Shown here in pieces: positions 1 through 11,944 of a stretch of DNA of 64,000 nucleotides; position 1 is the first letter of the stretch, and each line of letters opens with the position of its first letter. The notes under the pieces were generated by a model. The model was not told where the DNA came from. It searched no databases and worked only from the letters and a program-made list of their open reading frames with translations. The stretch is from Octopus bimaculoides. Its lineage: Eukaryota. A program made the position numbers and the translations under genes. The stretch covers positions 39,869,032 to 39,933,031 of the forward strand of contig NC_068985.1 of assembly GCF_001194135.2 (NCBI RefSeq), written 5' to 3'.

Positions 1-59
1 ATATAAATATACATATATATAAAACATAATAAACTATGAATACACAAGATGTACCATAG

Positions 60-450
60 AATCATAGGAAGTCCAACAGAAAAAATGAAGATTTTGCATG
101 TAGCAAATGCATACAGGAAGAAAGCAATAAAAGCACGACGTTCGTATACAGAGTATGGTATTGCATGGAAGCAAAATAGAAGCACTGAATGCAGAAGGTG
201 TGTCAAGACTGGAAAGAAATGAGGGACCCTGTTTTGCAGGATGTGTAATGTCAGAGTGTGTGAATGACGGAACTGAAATGAGATGAGAGAAAAACTGGGT
301 ATAAAAGAAATCGGTCTAGTGTGCAAGACAAAAGGCAGTACTGTTATGGACATGTCACACATATTGAAGATGACAGTTGGATAAAGAAATACCAAGCAAC
401 CTTAGAGGAAGAAACCCACAGAAGAAGAAAAAATGGGGAAGAAGTAATGA
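60..450 (+). mobile_element. Degraded RTE LINE 3' fragment
   Basis: Diverged similarity to the RTE 3' coding segments at 2640-2960 and 22500-22850 in this window. Confidence 0.5.
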
Positions 451-1319
451 AAACTGTCTTAAGCAGTAGAACCTTACAAAGGAAATGACAAAGAACAACA
501 ACAAATGGTAAGGTACTGTGCTGGAAAAAACCCCATTCAGTCATGAAAATGCTGACATAAAATGATGATGATGCATAAAATACACATACATGGATATGAT
601 GCGTGTGCGCATGCATGCACACACACACACATACGCATCACTGTTGACACACCTCAGTTTGAGAATCTGATTCTATTTAATTTACCTATACCTATGTGTT
701 CTAAAATGGCTGCAAAACCTGCTTTTAACCTAAATAATCTCTAGCAACAAAGGTGTGAGAATTTAAGTATTTTTAGATAAAAAAGTTCCCTTGTCAGCTT
801 GCTTTCTTGCACTGATGTCGCCTTCTGTCTGGTTACTTTTAAAACAATTAGGTTCAACAAAGCATTTCTCCTTTAGAACAAATGATTGGATAAAGAAATA
901 ATAATATTAACTGTGTCATGCCATGTTCCTGCTATAGTGGGAAGAGGCTAAATATAATCTCTTCTGGATTATCATTAAAGTGTTAATGAACAACACACAT
1001 AGAAAAAGAAGATAAAATATTAATATAGACAACTGATCACATTGCAGCTTTGTGGTCAAGTGTGTTTATGTCTCATTGTTAATTGTATTCTCCATAGCTG
1101 TTGCTTATTTTTGTTTTTAACTGAAAAAAAAAGAAAGATTTCTTTGTAATGAAATGAGTGTGTGATGAACCCAGCACTTCATCTGGTAAACAAGGAGCTT
1201 AGACTCTTTACAGTAATTATTGATGATACTTATTCTTAGCTAGGGCAGGTGCAGAAAGGAAGAGGTTTGTCTATGCTTTACTGTGTGAAAACCAGAGACT
1301 TGAAGTGTTCCAAATTGCC

Positions 1320-2975
1320 AGACAGTGTGTTTGAGAGAATTGAGTTGTTGTGGGAGAGAAGTGTGTATGGACAGATAATGGTACACTTACTCTTAGTGAT
1401 CCCGAAAAGAAAGTGGTGTGGAAGAGCTACTATGAAAGGCTATTAAATATAGGGAATGAATGGGAGAAAGAGAATTTCCTTCATGTGAACCCAACAGAGG
1501 GATCAGATACCCTACTTGACAGCAGCATGCTAGATAACACAATTAAAGATATGAAGACAAAGAAGGCCCCTGGTGAGTGCTGAGATGCTTAAGATATCCG
1601 GTAGAGTTGGATCCAGTCTAGTCCCCAGTATAGTTAATCAGGTTATTTAGGAGAGTGTAATTCCTAGTGACTGGGGTAGCAGCATCATAGTCAGCTGCTA
1701 CAAGATAGAAGTTATTATAGAGGCACCAAATTGCTGGACCAGGTGATGAAAGTTGCAGAGTGAGTTATAGCCAATTTAATTAGGAACAAAATTAGATTAA
1801 TGAAATGCAGTTTGACTTTGTCCCGAGGGGAAGCACCACTGATGCCATTTTCATAGTCAAGTAACTGCAAGAGAAGTATTTAGCTAGGAACAAGCTATTG
1901 TATGTGGCACTTGTTTATCTAAAGAAAGCCTTCAACAGAGTAACTTGCTCTGTGATATGGTGATCTCTGAAGAAGCTAGAGGAAGATGAATGGCTTGTGA
2001 TAGAAGTACAGGACATGTACAGGGGTGCTGTTAGTAAGCCATGGGTACAGTGATGAAATTAGTGTCCTCAGCCTCTTCCTATTCAACATCCTTCAGACCA
2101 TAGCAGAGGAATTTAAGATTGGAAGCCCATGGGAATCACTATATGCTGATTATCTGGGCCACATAGCAGAATCTGTAACAGGATTAGAAAAGAAATTCCA
2201 GGTGTGGAAACAGAACTTGGTATCAAAGGGTCTTAAAGTTAACTTGGCAAAGACCAAGGTTGTAGTAAGCAAGAAAATGATTAGGACCCTCCAACCTTCA
2301 GATAAATGGCCCTGTTCAATATATAGGAAGAGTGTAGGCAGAAATTTCCTTTGGTGTACCCAGTACAAGCTAGGGACACATAAGAGGTGCAGTGGAATAG
2401 TAGGAATATTAACAGAGAAAGTAGTGTTGTATGTGGAAGATGTACAGAAGTCTTAAAGATCACAGATACATGGGAAAGTGATTTCCTCAAATGTCCCAGA
2501 GGCTCTCTGGAAGTTGTAGATAATTTCTGTTACCTAGGTGACCTGATTAGCAGTGGAGGAGGTTGTGCAGAAAGTGTAATTGATAGAATAAGAATAAGAT
2601 GAAGAAAGTTCAGAGAGCTTTTACCTGTATTGGCAAACAAAGGTCTCTCTCTCCAAGTAAAAGGAAGATTGTATGATGTATGTGTATGAAATGCAATGCT
2701 ACACTGTGGTGAGATATGGGCCCTGAATGCAGAAGGCATGTGAAGACTAGAGAGGAACAAAGCTGGTATACTTTGCTGGATGTGTAATGTCACTGTACAC
2801 ATGCAACAGAGCATTAGTGTATTAAGAGAAAAAATTAAACACAAGAGGAATTATATGCAGTGTGCAAGAGAGAAGACTGCACTGGTTTGGTCACATGATG
2901 CAGATGGATGAGGACAGTTGTATAAAGAAATGCTGCTCACTCACTTAAAGTGGAGGGAATTTGTGGAAGAGGGAG
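1320..2975 (+). mobile_element. RTE-clade LINE, reverse-transcriptase region (decayed)
   Basis: Frame-broken RT motifs (WKSYYERLLN, LYADYL, GLKVNLAKTK, CPWSIxRK zinc-knuckle region, LEVVDNFCYLGD, GLSLQVKGRLYD). Confidence 0.88.
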
Positions 2976-3094
2976 TCCCGGGGTTCTTTCTGATTTGGCG
3001 GGCGCCACTTTTTATTTATGTTTTATTTAGTGTGTTTTCTACCGAAACACTTAAAACTTAGAAAGATCCCCAAGGTGCCACATAAAAAATAATT

Positions 3095-3280
3095 GGTGTT
3101 GGTGCCATGTAAAAAGCACCCAGTACACTCTGTGAGGTAGTTGACGTTAGGAAGGGCGTCCAGCTGTAGAAACCAAGCCAAAACAGACTATGGAACCTGA
3201 TACGACCCTTGGCTTTGCCACTTCCTATCAAGCCGTCCAACTCATGCCAGCATGGAAAATAGACATTAAATGATGATGAT
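3095..3280 (+). mobile_element. RTE 3' tail / RTE-related SINE ending in (ATG)n
   Basis: Recurrent tail: aaaagcaccc...aggaagggcatccagctgtagaaac...catgccagcatggaaa...aaatgatgatgat. Confidence 0.85.
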
Positions 3281-3944
3281 AATGTGTGTGTGTGTGTGTG
3301 TGTGCACGCGCGCGTGTATTTATGTAGATATCAGTTGGCCAACTCCTGTGAAACTGTTCAATCGATGCCAGCGTGGAAAACAGACGTTTAAAGATGATGA
3401 TATGTATGTATGTATGTATGTATGCATGCATGTATGTGTACATATACACACGCAGTCACACAGACGAACATTTAAAGATTACACAAACACAAGACTTGCC
3501 AAACTTGTTCCAATCAACTTCATTCCTGTTGTTAAATTTTGGAATTTCCTTTGCAGTCGCTGCGGGTATACAGGGTCCTTCGAATTTACGTTGTCTTATA
3601 GATCTTTTTTCAATATTAGTACGTCAGCACTTTTCTTTCAATACTAGTTTGAAAAAAAAAAAGTCATAAATTGACATAACGAGTGGGATATTACATATAT
3701 AAAGTATATCATAAAAACTTACAACTCGTTTGAGAAAAATGCTGTGTCCACACATACTACTACGGTTTTATATAAATTTGATAAAAATAGTTCAATTGTA
3801 ATATTGATTTTTGACACGAAGTCACGAACTGAAGGACGGAAACAGCTGACGGTAAAATATTTTATCAACGGAGTTGACACTTTAAACCCTCAAAACTGAT
3901 AATTAAAGTTAGGTATTTAGTCCAATAATAATGATGATGATGAT

Positions 3945-4110
3945 GATTTCTAGCATAGGTACAAAGCCAGAAGTTTTGGGGTAAAAAAAAAAAAGTCGAT
4001 TAAATCGACCCCAGTACTTGAGTTCAGTTTATCAAACCCGAAAGGACGAAAAGAGGAGTTTGAACCCACGTAGAGATCCGTAATTAAGCACTACATTAGA
4101 CCACTCAACC
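3945..4110 (-). mobile_element. tRNA-derived SINE (degraded)
   Basis: Reverse-complement match to the SINE at 17621-17834 (gtcgattaaatcgaccccagtac). Confidence 0.65.
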
Positions 4111-5819
4111 GATTCAACCAACCACCACTATTATAATAAAGATTTCTTTTTCTTTTTGGCAAGTGAAACAAATACAAAACATTATAGAATAGTAACAGTA
4201 TTGTATATAGCCACAAAACTCGTTAAAATCACGCATCTATAAACACGTTACTTATGCAACACGCACAGAGAGGATTTTACGTTTTACTATGTCAAATGCA
4301 AACATCCAGAATTTTATTTATTAGATTAGGCTTGGGAATTACCGATAGGGTCATCGGATACTGGGGATGATGAAAAATCGCACCCTTAAATGTATCCTTG
4401 TGCTTGCCCCTGGTCGAAGTGCCCCGACTTGATTGCCGATCATCGTTGATCATGTTGCCAGGCACCCACAGTAGTTTAACTGATGGCTGGTGAGCATCTA
4501 GAATAATTCCGTGAACAAACATCTTAATTTGGCAAATCCCCATCAACAACGTTGCACACAAACACCTTAGAAAGAATATGGAGTAACATAAAAAGTAAAT
4601 ATCGAGTGATGCATAGAGTTTCCTTAATTTTTTTTCAGCGTGTCTATCAATAAGTCTTCAGCTGGCGTCATATACTCAAATATATTTATGGTCTTCATTC
4701 TAGGTCTTGAAATTACTATTCTATGCAATATTTTTTTAAGAAAGTTTTGGAAGCCTAGATTTTACGTACCTAAAATTTTAAGATCTGTGATTAAATGAAA
4801 ACTCTCAACTTCTCTGCATCATTGCAACTTTATATAAAACATTATATATGTACTTCACATGTCAAGTTTTACACAAATAAGCAATAAATGCATAAATAAA
4901 GCAATATAGACAATAGAAAGAAAGCTTATGGAACCGGTTTGTTTACGTCTACATTGACAAACAGGTTCTTAAAAAGCGGTAGTAAAAAGATGTAGGAATG
5001 AAACGGGCAATTTTACCGAAATCTTTTTCTCATTTGATTGATTACAAAGCTGTAAATTTAGCTTGATTGTCCATAGGAATATGTATATATGTGTTCGATG
5101 ACATCATTTAAATCCCCGTTATATCAATTATCTTTAGCACGTTAAGTGAAATTTTGTTTACACTCCTAAATCCGAATCTGTCAATAGCGACACATCAGTA
5201 TTCCTTAACTTTTCGCCTGCCATCGAATTTTGATAACGTTACTCCAATTATATATTGCTTTAATTAAGGCTCTTTACTCGATAATGAGTGGTACAAGGCT
5301 GTTTTGTTTTGTTTCGTTTTTCATTATTATTATTATTATTGGTGGTGGTGGTAAGTGCGTGGAATTTCTTTTATAGCAGAACACACACAAGCATAAGTGA
5401 AGAAAAAATTTAACAAGTGTAATAGCTAAGAGGTTTGTGAAAATATTATGCGAGATGTTAACAAGTATCTAAATGTAAGTAGTAAGTTAATCAATCAATC
5501 CGCTATAATAGTAAAGATCAACTCACTTTATTCTTTCATACTTTTCAGTAGCACCTGCGTATGCGTACGTCGTTACTGTTCATTGTACGGTGTATGCGAA
5601 ATTTGTCTTCCTATTAGTAACAATTTCCCATACACAAATAGTTTGACATGCACAATTTATTGGAAGTATGATTATATTTTATTTCTCCAACAAAGGGTTC
5701 TGCCCGATACATCTTCACTTTCACTACATTACTTTCTTTAATTTGGGAGTTTTATTAACGGACAATTTCCATTGATTTCTTGGGTTCTAATTTTTTTAGA
5801 GGAACTGGGGGTGGGATTT

Positions 5820-6180
5820 ACAAAATTTGTATCTGGGGCAAAATGAGTAATTTCTGATACCTCGTTATTTTTCTCCCCACCTGTTGGAAATTATTACATT
5901 GCAAGTATTGCATCATCGGGCCAGCATAATTGTTGTTGTTGAAGTTGAGAGAGTTTGAAACAATCAGATGACAAGTACTTCTTTTTCAAGAAATATTTTA
6001 ACTTTGACCCGATTGTAATTGAGGTTGCTAATAAAATATCTGGATAATTTTTGCTGTTTAACAATCAAGATTTTTTTCTCTGTTGGATTCCAGGTAAAAT
6101 TTTTTCCCCACACTAATGTCTAATTTGATAATTTTCAAAAAATGGTGTCTAAATTGGGGCAAAATGAGTAATGACTAATT
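5820..6180. mobile_element. Partial copy of the TIR DNA element at 48164-49080
   Basis: About 350 bp reverse-complement similarity to 48690-49070; GGGGCAAAATGAG motif at both ends. Confidence 0.7.
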
Positions 6181-6539
6181 TCTTCTCTTTAATTGCTTAG
6201 TGTGTAATTATATCAAGAAGATAGAAACTCCTGCAAATCGTGAAGAAGCTATATAGAATATTATATGAAGAGTTTTTAGATTATTTGAGTTCCGTTAATT
6301 TTATATCATGTGCCATTTTTCCATGACCCTCTTTCAATTTGATCTAGATATTTATTTGAATTAGCGTTCAACAATGATAAAACAGAAGCAATTAACTCTT
6401 TCATTATTAAATTCACATTGCTGCCATTATTTTGAAAACTAATATAGTTCTTACAAAAGAAAGACAAAGAAAAGAACAAAGTGAGAAAAAAGAAAATAAA
6501 TAGAAAAAAAAACGTCAATGCAGCACCAAGTGTTTCAAT

Positions 6540-7900
6540 TGGTTGCACATCACAAGGTTCAATGGAACCTACTGAAGCAAGCTGGCATGCTCACAGCATT
6601 ACCACAGGTGATGGCGAGGCTAAAGCATTGGAAAAGCCAAGGGCCCTCACCTGACACCTTGGTGAGGCAAGCTGCCAACGATGACAAGAACTTCGCTGTT
6701 AGTGGCCCTCTAAACATCTCAAACATCACAGGTTGGAAGAGATAGTTCACTGCCAAGTCCCGATACTTCAGCGTTTTGTTCCGTTTGGCTACAGAAGCAG
6801 TGAACCACCCATTTACCACAGCATCCAGGATGTGGGAGGGAGCAAAAGAGTCACAGACTGTGGCATCCCAGATGAGGCACCTACCACTAACTGAGAGACA
6901 GAGGGTAAGACCATCTGGTCTCATTCCATGACTTCTGGAAAGTTCCACTAGCTCCAGAACTAAGAGAATATTAATTCGAGCCAGAGCCCACTTAATGATT
7001 AGGTATAACTTGGTTTGACGAGCAAAGCAACCAACATTTAGGTGGTAAGACAGACCATAAATATTTGTGGGATCGAGGGCCCTACTACAGTGACATCTCA
7101 GTCTCCTACAGACGTCAACTAACAACTCTGAATATGATGGAGATGCAGTGCTCATCTAGACTGAGTAGACCTCCAATGTTAGCCACAAAAAAAGCATCAA
7201 TCCAGTCTCCTGAGAATTTTGCGCTAGCAGAAAGTAGGCGACACCTTGAAAATTGAACAGAATGATCAAGGAGAGAGGTGGCACCTGAATGCAGGTTATC
7301 CTATACTCTCTGCTTCCATCTATCCTCAACTGTAACAGGAACTGACAAACCTAGTTCTCTTCACTATAACAGAGCTTCAACCATCTCCCTGTTGGAATTA
7401 GGCCATGTTGGAAAGGAGAGGATGTGCCTACTAAAGAGGAGCAAGTGTAGATGGAGGGGAAAGAACAGGGAAGAGATAAAGATGAGTACTTGCGCAGACC
7501 CAGACACCCAAACTGTTTGGGCAAAGCAGCCTGGTTGCAGGACTCTAGGGAGAGTTTGACATTGACCAAGCATTCAAGTTCCCTGAAGGTTAGGTCATCA
7601 AAGCATTGGAAAGACGGTGAGAATCTATAAGAGGGACTAACTCTCAGAAAATACAGTAGCTTAGGAATTGAGAAGCAATTCCTAAGTATAAAAAAATACT
7701 TGATGGGGCTCACTTACCTCAAGATTTTTTAAAAGTTGTCCAAAGTTAGCCATTTTGGACAGATGAACTCGAAAGCTAGGTTAGTAATTGGGACTCGAAG
7801 GGAACTCCATGATGATGAAGGAGTTTGAATTTCTGATGCCAAAAGATGGATATTTGTGAGTAGGAGTCATTTCTCAAATGTAATTCTAGAACATTGAAGA
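6540..7900 (-). mobile_element. CRE-clade non-LTR retrotransposon relic (RT C-terminus + restriction-like endonuclease)
   Basis: FILRNCFSIPKLLYFLR, Q.ALP...G.LGLR, CRRxRCHC..ALD..N.YGLS, and RPDGLTL...GRCLIWDATVCDS...KYRDLA...FQPV.FE (PD-(D/E)xK RLE). Confidence 0.8.
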
Positions 7901-8269
7901 GGAGGATTTATCTTGTCTTGTCTCATGACTCATTTTGGCCCCACTAAATTTGTCTTTTATATGCTTAAAGAGAATGGAGATAATTTTCTAAAATAGTATT
8001 CAGATTATGGTATTTTTAATGCATTTAGAGAAGGTCATTTGCTTAACTGAAATAGTTTTTGTAAGGTAGTGAACATTTATATAAAATAATTTTTCATAAA
8101 GTTTCAAATGCAGTAAATCTTATTCATTATACCCCACCTGCTACTTATATTTCTGAGTGAAAGGAAGATTCAGACTTTGTATTGTAAGCCTCCAAACTAA
8201 TTATCCAATTTCTAGTGAGTTCAGTGCTGTTATACTCCTTCTGCATCTCTCTCACTCCCTCCCTCTTTT

Positions 8270-8560
8270 CTCTCTTTAATGATCACCCGCACGGTTTCTG
8301 TAAAGCTAGCGCTACTGTCCTCTGTCACTCAACAACAGGATTTTGCCTTGGAGAAATTTACTGAAAGCAATGCTGTCACCCTCAATGTCAGCAAATCTTT
8401 CAACTGTATCAAAATCTCTTTGGTCAATAGCTTCTGATCAGATTGCACTGTCACAGCATATGTTAATAGAGTGTCCCTTGGTCACTGACAATCTTTCCTG
8501 GCGAAAGTACATTCTTGACATAACCAGAACTTCATCCTAACGACTGTACCTACTCTTCAG
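8270..8560 (+). mobile_element. CR1/L2-type LINE RT relic
   Basis: ESNAVTLNVSKS...LVTDNLSWRKYILDITRTSS resembles W...N...FN..KT...LG.....L.W..HI..I. Confidence 0.55.
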
Positions 8561-11500
8561 AGGCAAAAGCTACTCCATTCTTCCCAATAATTCCGTTAAT
8601 TATTTTTGATGTTTAACAAAAATACTATTATTCTACATTTTGCTTTACATTTGAGTATATATCTTATCCTTTGCTCATAGTGTATTGAAAATGACTGCAT
8701 TTTTTTATTTTGATTTGCAGTCATTGGATTGAAAATAGCCCTGGACTGGGCACATGATGATATTAATATTCACTTTGAGTACTGTTTTAGACAGATTGTG
8801 GGCAGGGAGTGGTTGTACTAGCTTTGATAGGTTCTGACATAAAACATTAGTGAACATTTATGAATGTGAAGCTTTCAGCTTGTATCTGTTTTCAACTGTA
8901 AGAGTTAGTCAAACCCAGTAGAAAATGTCAGTAGATTTTTGCCTTTGTGAATAGTACATGACTAAATGGATGTGAGTGCATTTGTTATCCTCACATTAAG
9001 AACTGCTTTTAAGTAACATAATTAATTAATTTCAGGGGCTGTTTGCAAGAATATGAAAAATGCAACAGAAGCAGGGGTTGAGTTAGTGACTTGAGAATGG
9101 CTTTGGACTGCCAGTGACAGAAATGGCGGCTGAAGGAGAAGACAAAAAAAATTTGGACAAGTTTGCTCTTGGCAATGAATCTACCACTGATCTCAGGTCT
9201 GCACAAATGGAAAATAAAGATAACCCATTTACGGGTTACCTCAATTTTTTAAGGTAATCCATTTTTGCAATGCACTGGTAACAATCGGCTGAATAGCTTT
9301 GCATACATGTTTTTTTTTTCCATTCAAATTACTCATTCACCAGGTTAGTAAGTAATACTCCTGTCTGTAGTTTCAAATGTAATTTTATTGATGATATCTC
9401 TTGCATTTAATGTGTTTTTCCTATTTCTGCACATTCCAAATATATTTCTTTTTAACAAATCTCCCAAATTTCAAGTCCTAAAATCGAACCCTAAAATGAA
9501 TACCATTACTCCTTATTTACCAGTTTTTATTTGCAGATATGAATGATTGCTGGACTTTGTCACAAATAGCCACAGCTGTATAAGTGACCTCAACACCAGT
9601 TAAATAAATATCTTAGTTTTACAGTGTATATTGGCCAGTATATTTTGTCTTCATTTTTATTAACTTTTAAATGTTGTGATTTACTTTTGCTGTGTTGTAA
9701 ATAGCTATTTTCCAAATTTATAGTTTATAAAATAAATGATGTTTGCAAAGAAAAATGAGTTGTTCATTTTAAAGTTTTTTTCTGGCAGTTTCTACATGAT
9801 TTTTCAGATATTCCCATACACATGCCATGTAAACTGATGCTCATACACTCACATCTTCAAAATATATTTAGTATTGTTTCTGTTTAGCAGTGGGTGGTCC
9901 TCATTGGCTGTAAATTGAAACAATATTACATTTTTATTTTCAAATGCTGGGTGGGTGAGGCAGGAATCAGAGCAATTCATGCCAGGGATTTGGTGTAATG
10001 CTATGGAGAACATAAAGTGTGGCCATATAAATGTTTAATCATACATTAATTAACCCATCCTTGAATGTATTCCAGATCCAGATCAGGCATTTGACAATGT
10101 CAAGTCAGGTCGATATTGAGACTTCTCAAGTTGAACAACCATACATCAACCCAACTTCATTTCCATATCGATGTCACCTTGATGTGAATATGACATTGAG
10201 TCAATGTCAACCCAATGTAAGAGACCAAAATCTTACATCGGCCTAACCTCAAATTCATATTGGCCTGACATCAGGGAATATGTTGGCCCGATGTTGCGCC
10301 GTGTTGCAAAATGAGATTAGGCTGAAATCAAGCTGACACAATTTCTGATGTAGGGCCGATATAGGTAACAACATCAGTTTGATATTGGCCTGATATGGTT
10401 TTGCTGGCTGGGTAGTAGATTTTTGCTATTCTTGTTTATGTCTCCTCCAGCCTGGTGGGTGTTAACAAGGTTATGTAGAAAACGAATATGAAAATAAAAT
10501 GCACGCTAACGACCCGGGTGTGGGGTAGGGACTTTTAGAAAATTCACAAAATCCAATTTTCCGTCACAACTTCAGGTAAAATGGGTATATATATTGATTT
10601 TTGTTTATGAAATCCCACGTTTTTGGATATGGAGGATCTGATTCTGATAATAAATNNNNNNNNNNNNNNNNNNNNNNNNNNNNNNNNNNNNNNNNNNNNN
10701 NNNNNNNNNNNNNNNNNNNNNNNNNNNNNNNNNNNNNNNNNNNNNNNNNNNNNNNNNNNNNNNNNNNNNNNNNNNNNNNNNNNNNNNNNNNNNNNNNNNN
10801 NNNNNNNNNNNNNNNNNNNNNNNNNNNNNNNNNNNNNNNNNNNNNNNNNNNNNNNNNNNNNNNNNNNNNNNNNNNNNNNNNNNNNNNNNNNNNNNNNNNN
10901 NNNNNNNNNNNNNNNNNNNNNNNNNNNNNNNNNNNNNNNNNNNNNNNNNNNNNNNNNNNNNNNNNNNNNNNNNNNNNNNNNNNNNNNNNNNNNNNNNNNN
11001 NNNNNNNNNNNNNNNNNNNNNNNNNNNNNNNNNNNNNNNNNNNNNNNNNNNNNNNNNNNNNNNNNNNNNNNNNNNNNNNNNNNNNNNNNNNNNNNNNNNN
11101 NNNNNNNNNNNNNNNNNNNNNNNNNNNNNNNNNNNNNNNNNNNNNNNNNNNNNNNNNNNNNNNNNNNNNNNNNNNNNNNNNNNNNNNNNNNNNNNNNNNN
11201 NNNNNNNNNNNNNNNNNNNNNNNNNNNNNNNNNNNNNNNNNNNNNNNNNNNNNNNNNNNNNNNNNNNNNNNNNNNNNNNNNNNNNNNNNNNNNNNNNNNN
11301 NNNNNNNNNNNNAATAATGTAATCAATCTACTCACCTTTCTGCAAAGATTTCTTTCAGAGTAATTTCCCTTAGTAATATGACAAAGTAATTCATGTGAAA
11401 TTAAAGTAGGTTGTTTTTGGTTCTTTAACTTTTTTTAAAAACTTTTTTATGAATTTTTTTTTTCCCATCAGTCTACGTAGGAAAATACGGAGATTAAGAA

Positions 11501-11944
11501 TATGGGGATCTTTTCAATCTGACTGGCAGAATTTTTATTTAATTTTTTTTAACTAAACACTTTGAAACTTTGGATACTGGTAGAATGTGTCACATAGAAC
11601 AGGGTTTACTCTTAACGTTTTTGGCAAAATTTTGTATTTTAGTTCGTACATATAAACCTCTATTTCTGTGAAGTTCTTTTCACTATTCCATCTATTTCAT
11701 TACCATATAAACATAGTTTCGTCTTCCTCGCTGTTGTCTTAAAACAAACTTAAGTTCCTTCACGCGCATTTACTATTCGTCACCTATTCATTAATTCAAG
11801 TATGTCACATCGTCACTTATTTCGCTAATTTTGTCACAGATTGGCTGACCGAAAATTCTAAGATTTTTCAATTCTATTTCACTATTGTAAGCATTTGCTG
11901 TTTCATTAAATTATGTTATCCAAAATCCCAAAAGAATATTTTTC

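Noticed and set aside
3490-3650. Minus-strand frame SIRQRKFEGPCIPAATAKEIPKFNNRNEVDWNKFG as a partner exon of 4343-4565
   Set aside because: No phase-0 acceptor; an in-frame stop follows the only strong acceptor; no recognisable homology.
7714-7720. Perfect minus-strand donor GAG|GTAAGT
   Set aside because: It lies inside the continuous CRE retrotransposon reading frame (KNLEVSEPHQVFFILRNCF).
10544-11363. Long ORFs spanning N-runs (also 14964-15344, 38645-39079, 42568-43539, 52216-52963)
   Set aside because: Artefacts of assembly gaps translated as X.
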